Below, in pieces: positions 25,124-38,399 of a DNA stretch of 64,000 nucleotides (the first letter of the stretch is position 1; each line of letters begins with the position of its first letter). A program made the translations under genes and the position numbers. Origin of the DNA: Eledone cirrhosa (lineage: Eukaryota); the NCBI GenBank assembly GCA_964016885.1, contig OZ024740.1:376650001-376714000 (forward strand). Direction: 5' to 3'. The notes beneath the pieces were generated by a model. That model did no database searches. It was not told where the DNA came from and was given only the letters and a program-made list of their open reading frames with translations.

Positions 25124-26150
25124 CCAGCTCGTTTCCTTGACGGAGCTGCAGTCCTGGGTCAAGCGAAGACCGAGAGGGAGCGCCTGGAGACTGGAATGTC
25201 TTCAGGCGCTCACAGCCCTCGACCAATCGGGCAATGTGATCGGTGGAAACTCCACCTCGGCGTTCTATAGAGGATTAGTGGAGGGGAAGAGCGACGACGT
25301 ACTTGGGGAAACTCTAGGCGTCGACGAAAATCAACTAGCCAATCTCTTCGGAAGAACTTTCGGGCCAGGGCCTATGGACAACTTCCAGAAATCTCTGGCC
25401 TGGCAGTGCTACCGAGGAGCCTTGCCAGTTCGGGATAAACTCTACAGGCATGGAGGTGCCGTCAGCCGGGCATGTCCGAGATGCGCGCAGGGCGACGAAA
25501 CCGTCCTGCACGCACTCGTCCAGTGTCCGAAAATTGCTGACTTGTGGGTTTATGTCGAACACCTGCTGTCGCGTTTAGGACGGATCGAGCTATCATCTGA
25601 GTCTATCGTGAGGATTGCCCCGCCCTCCTCATTTAGCCGGGAAGGGCAGGCAGTTTTTATCTGTCTGGTGGCCATGGCGAAAGAGATAGTATGGTGGACA
25701 CGTTTGAAAGGGCTGAAGACGAGCACTTACCTCTTCGGTGATGCTCTGATTGACTTTTTCAAATTTCATTTGAAAAGGAAAATCAGAGTAGAGAAGGAAG
25801 TGCTCTCTTCCCAGCATTTTGTTGAAAGATGGGTGAGAGAAGCAAGAATGGCCCGAGTGAATGGGCCGACTCTGAGTATATATCTGTAAACTAAAGGTGG
25901 AAAACTGGGAGAGGGCACTTGCCTTGGTGGTCAGGGTCATTGTGGCTTTTTACTGGGCTTTCTCCACAAATGTCCCTCCGAAGTCTCCCCCCTATTGGGG
26001 AATTTTTCATTGTTATTTTCATTGTTATTTTTGTTACATCCTCTGTTTTTGTTTTTTTTACACGCAGAAATGCCCATTTGTACCGTCCTGCATTGTCCTG
26101 CACTGTCCTTAATGTCTACTTTATGTAAACCCTTGTGGTTAATAAAGAAA
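25124..26150 (+). mobile_element. 5'-truncated Tx1/L1-clade LINE (C-terminal zinc-finger region and 3' UTR)
   Basis: ORF 25137-25889 has W..YRGALPVRDKL, CPRC...ETVLHALVQC and KEIVWWTR. (ATT)n lies on both sides. Confidence 0.8.
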
Positions 26151-26252
<102 letters not shown>

Positions 26253-26299
26253 CTCGTCGTCGTCGTTGTCGTCGGCAATATTGACAGATCCTATGTTGC

Positions 26300-26620
26300 C
26301 AAGATTAACCATACACCATATTGTCACGTCACCTGTTCATAACCTTCATGAATACGATTGACATGCTCAGCTAAGTTGGAAATGACATCAATTTCAAATG
26401 CTATAGGGTCAGTCGGCTGATATTTGCAGACATGGTAATAATTGATTCATCGGAAGATGATCTCCGACATGTATTGAATAGGTTTGCTACTAAATGCTGC
26501 TTGACAGGAATAAAAAACAGTGCTGCGAAGATTGAGGTACCCATCTTCACAGAAAGAATGCGCAGTGCGCTCTGTATGTCAATGGAAATCCAAAGCTGGT
26601 GGAGAAGTTTTCGCGAGTGA
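26300..26620 (+). pseudogene. highly degraded RTE-like RT fragment
   Basis: LIFADMV...SEDDLRHVLNRF...C...G.K...AKIEV resembles the ADD region of a non-LTR RT. Confidence 0.45.
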
Positions 26621-27526
26621 TACTAGCTAGGCAGCTGAATTAAATACAACAGAAGTAGCCTAGAATGCATAAATATGTACATAGATTTACAATTATTCTT
26701 GGTGTTATTTCGACATGCAAATTCCAAATATAAGTATTTTTTTGTAAGCTGGAAAGATTATAGGGTGTATAAGCCCCTGGGATACGTATTTTTATGTAGC
26801 TGGTAGGATGGTATACACGCCTTATGATGAAAATCGATTAAAAGAGATACGTATGTTTCGTATGTGTACATTTAATAAGTGAATGTACATTTGTATATAC
26901 ATTTATGCATTCTCGGTTACCTCTATTCTGTATATATGCAGCTATAAATTCACAACATATTTAATAGAGAAATAATATTCTTAATAGGAACGTCTAAAAC
27001 CTACTTATGTCAGTCAAATTAGCTTCAAATATAAGTACCAATGTTACCGTGAAAATGGCTTTAGTTCATATACTCCTAAACAAAAATAATTTTGTATCGA
27101 GTACATTGATTATTTTACTTCACTGATTTCATTTCGATTTAATAAATTACAAGAGGTTTGTTCCCTATTCGTCTAGATAGAGTATAGCCATAGATTGAAT
27201 GAGAACATAATTTTCTTTCATAACTTTCTCGCGTCACCTAATTCTATTGCATTAACTGCATTGGGAAAATAAGATTATTTCTAAACATCGTGGCTGTTCA
27301 CGGTAATATATATCTTTTGTTCTGGGTTTGTTTTATCATTGTATGTTTCTTGCGCATTGGTTTGCTCGATTAACATAAAACGTCTTAATACATATTAGAT
27401 AACTTACAGCTAATACATTTGGCAACAAAGGCGTTTTACCTTGTTTTATTTTGTTTCAAGGAAAATAAAATGGTTTTAACGGAAAATGTGTGAGAGTATT
27501 GGTTTATATTTGATCTTCAAAACATA

Positions 27527-28378
27527 TCTATATATATATAACTGAGGTTGTCTGTCTGTCTGCCTGTCTGTCTGTCTACTAAAACGGTCAGCACTCATCT
27601 CCTCCTAAACCGCACGTTCAAATTTCGGTGAACTTGCTACACTTATAGATGAACGTTCGGCGGGGACATCGGTAAAAAACATGTTCAAATCGACCCCGCC
27701 AAGTGCAAAAGTCGAATTTGTAATGTATTGATTTTTCAGTTCAAATGTATAAGTAGAGATGAGAGACGAGTTATTTCCCTTTTAAGGCGTCATTCGGACG
27801 CGTGGAAAAAGTACAAAAATACACGAATAACTTTCGGGCCAGGAAAATTTTAACCTGCAAAGTCATGAGTTCGAAATTTAAACATTAAGCTTCTATTTAA
27901 AGTCTTTTAAAACAATAGTTTTACTTGAAAACAAGCCTAAAACAAGCAAATATTCTTTTTAAAAAGCATTGAGATTTTCATTTAGAAGCAATGATTTTAA
28001 ACGACAGACAAACAAGGCATTTTATTTTTTTTGTTCATGTCTATCCAATTTCTTTGTTTCAAAATAACTGATAGTTTGGTTACGCTGATATTTTTTTCTC
28101 TGAGACAAGTGTTGCAGTGTTCACATTTTCGATTTTTGTTAATAGATTACCAGTGCAGTTTTTATACCCAGCATCCTCTTTTGTTTTAACATTCGGGTTA
28201 TGGTTATGTTTTCTTAACTTCATAAGGCATACTGTTGGTTGAGGAAATATTAATCAAAAGTACCACATGAAAGTCTACACTGTAGACTCTACAGTTTTTA
28301 AGCTAAGAAAGGAACTTAACATTGTAATTTTAACACAGCTACTGAGCAGCCCCGAGCAACGCTGGGCTTTACTCCTAG
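27527..28378 (+). mobile_element. non-autonomous Helitron
   Basis: 5' A|TC(TATATATATAA) start and subterminal (GTCT)n. 3' hairpin CCCGAGCAACGCTGGG about 8 nt before CTAG|T. Inserted between A and T with no TSD. Confidence 0.8.
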
Positions 28379-28515
28379 TATACAATATTTATAAGAGGAG
28401 ATTTTATAACGGCCAAACAAAGTCGTAAATCACCGTGGGGAGAAACGTGTTCAGTTTTGTTATATTTGCTCCACTTGAAACAAATAACCTCGGTTGAAGC
28501 TTTTCTAATGATCAT

Positions 28516-28611
28516 GAAGTACACAGTGTCACCATTACGTCTAGTGCTCATTGTAACGTTGATATCAACGTTACTATGAGCACTAGACGTAATGGTGACA
28601 CTGTGTACTTC
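28516..28611. repeat. 96-bp spacerless palindrome
   Basis: 48-nt arms centred on GATATC, with one T/T mismatch. Confidence 0.95.
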
Positions 28612-29817
28612 CTTTTCCCTTCTTGATATATTCTTCTCTCTGTTTTCCTTTTTTGTCATAGATTTACTTCCCCTGATATTTAACTCTCAATCTGTTACTC
28701 AAATGGAAAACGTAGCGATCTCCTAACTATACCTGTTTTCTCAGTTGTTAATAGCAGCAGAATTTCTCCTTCACCGATTGCTACTATGAGCGTATCTTAT
28801 TCGTTATTGTTGTTCTTGTTTTAGCACTGTGATAACCCTAGCGGCGGACAACTCTTACACAAATATTACATCTATTTAGAAGAGATTGGGACTATTTTAT
28901 CTATTGCATCCGCCCCTTTTCCAACAATTGTAATGTGCAAACTTTTGGCTGGTTTAAAGAGATAGATTCGCGCCTCACATGAGCATTTTAAAAGGCGATG
29001 GCAATGCTGGAACACGAGTTTGCGACCATCTTGTATATATATACATACATATTATATACTATAGTATAGTATGATATGATATAAAGGAAATGCGATATAT
29101 ATCATTGTTCCTTATCATCATACGTGAGCTTAATTGAACATAATTCTATTAACGTGTATATATATATTTTTTTTCTTATAATTTACAGAATAAATCCCCT
29201 CATTATGAGTTCATTCTGTTAACGGTGGCCATATCAATCTATTGATGTCATGTCCCTTATTATTTGGACTTTAAAACTGCAGTTAGGATTAATTGTTTGC
29301 CCTCTGAGAGAGATCCTTCTACAGTAATCTACCCCTATGTGGTTTTGTATAATGTTCTTCTATAGTGTATAAGTTGTTCTTCTATAGTGTGTAAATGCCC
29401 AAATAACATGTTTTTCCATACATTAGGGAATAATATGTATTTTCAGCAGTTCCAGATGGTTGCTAACAAGCAGAATAAACAAACTTGACAAGGAGCAAGA
29501 CACTCCGAAATAAATATCAATTGTAAATTGTCGTTTGTTTTCTCTCAGCTACCATTGAATTGGAACAAGAGGATGACGTCGTCATCTCTATCACGTTGTG
29601 TTTTATCAGACTGTTTACTCGTAAACAATCCGAAAATAAATAATATCATGATATTATCAAAACATTGTTCGTCTCATATTTTCAACAATATGACTTTGGC
29701 GAATTAATGAAGAAAAAAAGAAAAACAGATCTTTTAAATATTTTTCGTGCTATTTCCAATTCCACTCTCTCTCTCTCTCTCTCCATATATATATGTATAT
29801 ATATATATATATATGTA

Positions 29818-31742
29818 TGCTCCTGTCTCGTAAGGTGAAAAATAAGTGCACGCACCACCCAGGTATTGATCCAAGGGTTAGCCTTTTCATCCCATTTGAC
29901 TAACACTAATTACATTGAGATATGATCGAGCCTGGTGATTTATACTTTATATATATATATTATACAATAACAGGAGGCTGGATTGGTGTAATGATCATTT
30001 CGGTGACCGGGTTCAGTTTGAATCCGGTGACATCATCAGGTATTCGAAATATAACAAAGGAATATAATAGACAAAATCCATGAGGCCAAAAATCAGAGAC
30101 ATGAAGGCGATCGAACATTTAGCAGCTTCTACCCTGGTCGGCCGCCCTCTAGTGGTGATTATTAAGCCTACCTCTGTCCATCTGGCGAAGGGGCGTAGGC
30201 TTATACTGTACTACTACCACCTTGTCACAGACATAGGCAACCGGTGAGATCAGGTTACAATCAAGCTGGTCATGAGAGCTAGAAAGTGTCGCGAAAAATA
30301 TTTTTTCAAAGAACATATATCTTTAACAAAGCTAGATATAGGTAATATATAGTGGCCGTCTGCATAGTATAATGTATGAACAGAAATTACGATTAACAAT
30401 TAGAAACGTTAAATTTATGTTTAGTGTTAGAAGATGCTATTTAAGATGAAATTAGAAAAATAAGGTTTAGGTTTAAAGTTGGGAAATTTAGCTAAAGAAT
30501 TTACAGAAGGAGGCTTTTATGAAAAGGTTTAAGTGTATTACAGATAGTCAGGATATATTTTCATGGTAGGAAACTAGAGTAAAGATTAAGCCCATGCTCA
30601 GCGGTCAATAACCAGCGAAGAAGCGGACCCCTGGCCAGCCCGGGGTCCAACGGCGTGTCAGCCATTCCCAGTATTATCGTTTAGCGAAAGAAATGGAAAT
30701 TTATTTTTCCGAGCACTCCAGGAATGTTAACTGTCTTAAGCGTCGAGTGTGCTTCGATATGTTCTTATATTCTTCCTTTTTACTCCCTCCATTACCACCC
30801 TAGGTATGACTGCATTTTATTTATGTATTTTACTTATGTTTTTATGTATGTATTTATTTACTCGCTTTACTCTCATTATATACTTATCCTTGTACTCATT
30901 AGCACACGCCCCTAGAATAATACTCTCTGTACCCTTATATCTGTTTATCTTTATTCACTCCCCATACTCACCCAAGAATAACCCGGAGTAACAGGTGACT
31001 AATTAGAGTCTATTTGCACATTTCATCAGATTTTGCCTCTTTCAACTTCACATCACGGGTGTGAATTATTAATAATCGTTTGGCACACGTGATGATCCGA
31101 CGGATGTGGCAGCTTTCCCGACCGCACGCCAGGCGCTCGGGTCGATCGGCCTACCTAGAGTGCTTGGAAAAATAAATTTCCCCTTCTTTCGGTAAACGAG
31201 AATACTCGGAACAGCTGTTTCGCCCTAGGGCCCGGTCAGTCTTGGAACACGCCGCGCCACTGGTTATTGACCACCAAATAGTGCCTTTAAATTCTAGGTT
31301 TAATCATAATTTTAACATTCTTGCCTCCTTCTACTAGCACTTATCTAAATCCCCCACCAGTGTGAATAGTTAGTAATCGTTTGGTATATACAATAGGCGG
31401 TTCTAGTCCTGTAGAAACCATTTCTAAATATAGAAATGGTTTCTACAGGACTAGAACTGATGATTTCTCCCGAATGAAACAGTTCTAGTCCTGTCGAAGC
31501 CATTTCTATATTAAATATTTATACTCTACTATGTATTGAGTACCTTACTTACTGTGACCCCCGATTGAGCCCGGGATAAATATATATAATAAAGATTAAA
31601 TCCTCTCCTAAGCCTCAAAAATCACCAGGCTCGATCATATCTCAATGTAATTGGTGTTAGTCAAATGGGATGAAAAGGCTAACCCTTCCGTTAATACCTC
31701 AGTTGTGCATGTACTTATTCTTCACCTTACTAGACAGGAGCA
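29818..31742. mobile_element. non-coding composite element with about 123-bp terminal inverted repeats and nested inverted repeats
   Basis: 29818-29940 is the reverse complement of 31620-31742. 30603-30722 is the diverged reverse complement of 31155-31272. Perfect 27-bp-arm hairpin at 31400-31457. Confidence 0.65.
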
Positions 31743-31744
31743 AC

Positions 31745-31853
31745 TAAACAGGCGCAAAAATGAAGTACACAATGTGACATCCAACCCAGGCATCCAGCAG
31801 AAGATATTACGATGGTAATCCGAACACATTATACCCTAGGCCACATGCCTTCA
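31745..31853 (-). mobile_element. degraded tRNA-SINE head (family B-like)
   Basis: Minus strand GAAGGCATGTGGCCTAGGG resembles the heads at 52473 and 60831. Confidence 0.45.
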
Positions 31854-34036
31854 CATATGCACGTGTGTGTATGTGTGCGTGTTTGTATGCCGCCATGAAA
31901 GTGTAATATATTTTCATTTAAGTTACTAAATCCTTTTCGATCATTGATATTATTGTCTGCAATATAAAGAAAATGATTCCCTAGTTGATACGAACCCAGA
32001 TACTAATTACTTTAATCATCTAATATGCTTTGAAATATTCTCACCTCTACTTCGTTAAAGAAATAAGTCCTTCTGAAATGTCTGCTGAGGTTTTCTATTT
32101 ACTCGAAGGTGTTCATCGCACTTATTCCCAAACCATGCCATGTTTCAGACTACATTCACTTTACAAATGACAACATAATTCTCTTCATGTGAATATGAAC
32201 AACTTTCGCCTTCAATTTCTTACACATCCAATTAACGTTTTACTTATACCCAAGACTGTATGTTTATACGAGAGAAAGATAAGTTCTTATGGCATATTTA
32301 ATGAGCATTAGCAATGTATGTGAAGTTATTGGTCTTGCTATTTGAAATGGAAATCGGGTAGTGACCTCTGTCACCTGTAATATAACTTCTGCAATATAAT
32401 ACTTTCTATCACACATCTCTCTCGCTTCTATGATCACAGAGCCACTTCGAACCCTTCTCGAAGGTCTTTGACCGCCGACCTTTCTTCTTTTAAACGGTGA
32501 TACAACCATAAGCGCTCCTCCATTATACTATTGAATCATCACTCATAATTTATACACGCAACGATTTATTATTATCATTAACCCAATCGACATCATTTAC
32601 TTAAAGTGTATAGAAATACTTTAGTTTGAGCATAATAGTATTTTATACAAAGCTAATCGTATCTTTGTTTGATCAGTATTTCCAGACAACTCCTAGAATT
32701 GTCCACTATTCCGGTATAGATTTTATGTTCTTATATATGTGGACGACATTCAACTTTGAATACGATTCATGATATTTAATTTATAACCTAAATCTGTGTC
32801 TCATGGTACATTATTTCATATGATTGCCATCTCCCCAATATATTATTATTACCCTTCTATTAAACATTCTGCTGCAAAGATGTTATCAGTTTTTCGACGT
32901 CTTATTAGTTTTTCGACATCTTGATTAGATTATACTAGATATGTATTACATAGCTCTTTATGTATATATAGCAGGAATTATAAATGCACTTTGATTCATT
33001 TTAGCCATTGCAACCATGACCATACTGAAGCATCGCCTTATTTTGACACATACTTGTAAAGAATATCCATATAAAGTTAACTAAAAAGCAAACACTGTTA
33101 TGCGCAAACAGCATCATAGCAAACAGTTGAACACACACACACGCGCGCGCGCGAGCGCACACACATACACACCACATACACAAACGCACACAAGCATTAT
33201 TTATATTTATGTGTATGTGTATATATGTCTGCATGTGTGTGTGTATGCGTGCTTATTTTGGTTTATGTATGAGTGCGTATCTGTGTCAGTATGTGTGCAT
33301 GTGTATCATTATATACAAATTCCAAGCAACATAATCAATATATGAATGAAACGTATCTACTGTTTAAGACAATGAAGACACCGTACATTTCAACAACAGT
33401 CAGCACATATAACCGAATGTACCTCTGCGGTACAAATAACGGTTAAAATGAGATTATAACAATCCTATCCAGAGCTGATTTAAGCTAAACTCGGTGGTCC
33501 TCGCTCTAATCAGGTTGCTTGTCTCGCCAAGGTATCCTTGGATCAGAGGATTTTCAAATCACGTAGATTTGAGAGATGCTGTCAAATGCAATGAATTCCA
33601 AGAGAGCATCTTCAGACTCAGAATCGTTAGTGGAGCCCTGTTCCGGTTAGAGCTCTGGTTGTTGAACATTAAATTATTTTTACGTTAAATTATTGTATCC
33701 ACTCTTATAGAGAGGTATTTCTTTTGTTATATCAGAGTGTTTCTCCATTCTCCACTCACCAGATAAACACTATCTTGGTATTACCTGTTTAGCCGTCACG
33801 GAGTCGAGCATGGAATACGTAATTACATAATTAGCTGTAACGAATCATTTGACATGACTTGATACGGTGCAAGCTTATAGAATGGCCTACTGTTTGCTTC
33901 TAAGATCATAAGATTCCGAGTTCGGTTCACACACTCACACATAAATAATCTTTCGATACACTTAAAACGATTTGGGCGAGATTGCCACAAAAAGGTTTTG
34001 GCGCAAAATCTATAGGAAAAAATATATTCAACACAC

Positions 34037-34103
<67 letters not shown>

Positions 34104-37100
34104 TAGGTTATGAATGCGCGAATCTATGTATTTTAAGAGCCCATTTTTGTGGCTTAATATATTGATAATGGATGCGTAATTTCGATTTTTCAATATCCTA
34201 TATTGGTCTTGTACCTTCGTTTATGTGATGAACATATGTTTATATCGGTGTTTTATTGTTTGGAAATGTATTATGTAAAGCTTTGAAATACATTATTTGT
34301 TCGTATGTATATAAGTAATTTGGAAAATAATTTACCTTTCTAGAGATTTCAAATAATTTCATGCAGATTCGTCACCTTTAGAATTCCCTCACGTCCAGTG
34401 ATTTGCCTCAGCTTTCATTCATTGAGGGCATTCTTACCTTTGAAATCTTCTTTCTGCCATAATATATGCTGTTATATCGTGTTCATTCTGCCATCCTTAA
34501 ACTGTATGGTAAACATTTAAGAGATTTGGCTACTATTTCTAGCAAGTTCTATGACTAGATAGATGCTCAATATGAGTTAATTTTGAAATTAGCATCAGAA
34601 AGCACTTTCATTGTCTGACATAAAATATTTCTAGCAAATTCTTCTCTATTATCTCCGATTTCTTCGTGATATATAGGATGAAAGTCTTCATACTTATAAA
34701 ACTATGTTATTCACGTGAAAATATATTCTATTTATATAAAGTTCTATTAAATTCCATATAGAATGCGTTCTGTGGTTATAAAGAGCACCATTAGATTGTA
34801 TCCTCTTTAACAATTCATCGGAATTTTCTAATCTACATAAAATGACAGAAATATATGATATGATTAAAGTTGTACTGAGTTGTACTTATTTGGCAAGTGA
34901 ATCTTGATGTATATATAAATATAATTGCTTGCAATTACAGACACGCAAGTAGTGAGAGAGAAAGAGAGGGAGAGAGAATGAAGGGGTAAGAGAAATACAG
35001 AGAGCAAGCAAAACAAACAGAAATATTGTTAGTTATCTATGTTAAATATGACCGTTAAATTGTAGAATACAGCAGCACTAATTTTACATAAATATATCTC
35101 TTTGTGACAACATAGTTTCGTCTCTAACACAGCAGATTAATGTGTGACTTCGTATCATAACAGAGTTTATATTTTCAATGTTATATTATAGGCAATAATT
35201 ATTTCTCTGTCGTCATCTTAATGGTAAGCAAAATATTATTATCAGACCTTATAAAATCAATTCCGAATCTCACATAAAACAGTGAACCAATTTAAAACAT
35301 ATAATCCACAACAAACATTTCATTTCGTTTGTTTACTTTTGTTTCTTTGATTTAGTATTTCTAGCTATCTATTCAGAAGAGTAGCTTTATTAATTCTTAA
35401 CGTATGTTTACGCTAGATGTTAGGGGCAACATTGAGTATTTTGTTTAATCCTCTCCACAACAAGAATAAATCTGAGAAACGTTTGTTTGAATAAGAAAAC
35501 AATACATTCGCCATACGAATTAATTACTTGTATCAGAGATTTTACATTCTCCTTAAAAGATTTCGCTGAAGTTGAAATGATACCACAATATGAAACAAAG
35601 TAGAATGATTCTTTAAAATAAGGAATACATTATAGGATTTTATAAATTTAGTTGTTTAATATATAATATTAATACTCGATTATTGCTATCCTTAAAGTAG
35701 CAACTGCACGCAGTGCACACTTCTCTATTAAAACAAATACACACAACAGTCCACTCATATTTCATTATGTCTGGCCGGAGTTTTCACTCACTGTCTCTCC
35801 CTCAATGTTACTGATAGTAGCAAACTTTCCTGAAGCTATTTGCAATCTCTTTATTTACAAAGAGAAATTTCATCCATGTGATTCAAAAGCTAAGTGATAA
35901 TTAATCTGCACAAAATAAATAGAATAAGTTAGTAGCAACTAGTAAAGTCAAGTGTTTACAACTGCCAACTTTTCTACTGCTAAATATTAATTATTAACAT
36001 CAGTTTTATCCACTGAAGCTCCTACATTTATGTAATGATTCATATTTAAATTCTATTGACAAGCTAGTAGTCACCATAGTTTAATGGAATAAAAAAGCGA
36101 TTTTCCACTGCGAAAACTGGTATGTTGCTGGCCATCCTGAAGTGAACTGTTTACTTCCGTTGGGAATTATTTTATTATTTTCAAATGGTCTTATTTAGCT
36201 CGGAAATACGAAGGTTAAAATGAATTCCAATAGAATAAGAACAGAAAGGGTCATTTTATATGATTTTTTATACGATTGAAACGATTCTACCCATCTTAAG
36301 ATCACATTATCTCTCATTCAATAACAAACATTTAACAGAAAGGCGGTTTGAGTTATTTAATAAATAACAATACACAAATAATTTAACGGAGGACCAAATC
36401 AGGCAAATATTTAATTTGGTACTAATGAGTACAGAGTATTTCAGCCGGGTCATTCATATTGTTGTTCCACTCACCGTCATATTCACAAATGCACAGTCAT
36501 ACACATTAGCAACTATAGAGTTAATCTACTTATTTATGTTCGGTTTCGAAGTCTCTTCTCTCTGATTATAATATATATTAAAAGAGAAAACACATATGCA
36601 GTCGAGTGATAACTCTAAGAAAAGAACTTAATCAGAATATACCTAGAAAAGTAAGGTAATTTCCCATGATGTTTATAGTTTCAGCCTTTATACATATCAT
36701 TAGATAAATGTTTAAAGCTTATGTATTGCCCCCAGTAATTGGTCACACACATCATTAATGCAAACTTCCTTTGACTGGTAATAAGTCCATAGTTTTTAAT
36801 TCACCATATATAATTGTGAAAACCGATATCTAGCAGATAGCCAGCATTCGTTTTCATTGAACTAGAGAAATGAAATACAAAGTCGATCCTTAAGGGAGCG
36901 TGGCTGTGAATACATCCATATTACTACTTTCTTCTTAGACAAACGCAAAGGATCTTTATGTCAAGGTCAATAAATGAGAAATATTCCTGGCATTGTTAGT
37001 GAAAGGAATGTAAACATAATTCAACGTAGAAACTAGTGAAATAAAATTGTTTCGTCCGGGAATTTACGCTTTAATAACATTCCTTATATCTAGGACGAAA

Positions 37101-38399
37101 TACGTATGTATAGAAATTAAACAACTCCTTTACTCTAATATATATATATATATGTCGATATGTACATGTGTATGATGTATGTCTCGGTTACACACTATAT
37201 TTATACGGATATAACTTTATCGTACACATTTGCTGTTAGCACACTTATTAAAAAAAAAATACATACCAACACGAGAGTTAATTATATGCAATTTAGTAAG
37301 TCCGTTTCAGAATTATACTGAGAGCGAATGGGTATATAAGGCTTCCAAATACATGTCTTCTTGTGGGTGTCTGAATGATGTACACCTCTCCATATGGGGT
37401 CCTAATTAGGTCCGAAAATCGATTAAAGGTGTTTATTACTTTTTTTCAATATACAGGAAAATTCGTATTTTCTGGCATGCTTACGTGCCTAAATATTAAT
37501 CATGTATATATTTAGACATACACTGGTGCAGTCTCGGTTACACACACCATATACATACTGATATATATATATATATATATATGAAATGAAATTTATTTTA
37601 CCTTACAATTCATGTGATGAAATGTAAATTAATTTTGTATACAGATATTCATTTTCTGCTGTGAAACCTGTTTTGGTTAGGATTCAAAATAAATTTAGAA
37701 GCAAACTACCACGATGTTGAAGTTGTTTTGAATCTCTTCAGGCGGAATAAACTTTATCAGACAGTTTAAACCCAAAACAGATTCATCTATATACAAAATG
37801 ATGATGTCATATTTTGTACTAATACCCATTACTAATATATATTTTATATATTTATAGGAGTGCATCTCTTCGTATATGCATATGTGTGTTTCTGTATATT
37901 CTACCCTTTTTGAAACAATACTTCATTTTTCTTATGCACAGAGGCTTTATCGTTACTTACACACATAGGCTAATATCTTTCCTTTTCATACATTTAGTCA
38001 GTCATACGAAACATTTCCATTGGCCCTGTGTATAACTAACAAATAATGAGCTACCCTGCATACCCTAGATGGAACTCTTCTATGTTTATGGAATATCTAC
38101 TAACTATTATTTCAACGCTCTTATGTTCTTTTATATTAAGCTGACATAAAATACATTATATCATAAACTATATAATGTAATATATAAACGTATTAATCAC
38201 AGTAGATGTCGTCAAGTGTATGAGATGCAAGACTTTCTTTCATCAGTCATATAGCAATAATTCATCTACTCATAACATCGGCGTAAAACACACACAACTA
38301 CCGAACAGGAACCAAATATCTAGAATCATTCGAATTAACCGATATAGATATGAGCTGTAGCATCTAGTTTTGTAGGTATATCAACACCTGTAGTAATAA

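Noticed and set aside
28420-28455. GAAACGUGUU hammerhead-like half
   Set aside because: No CUGANGA upstream.
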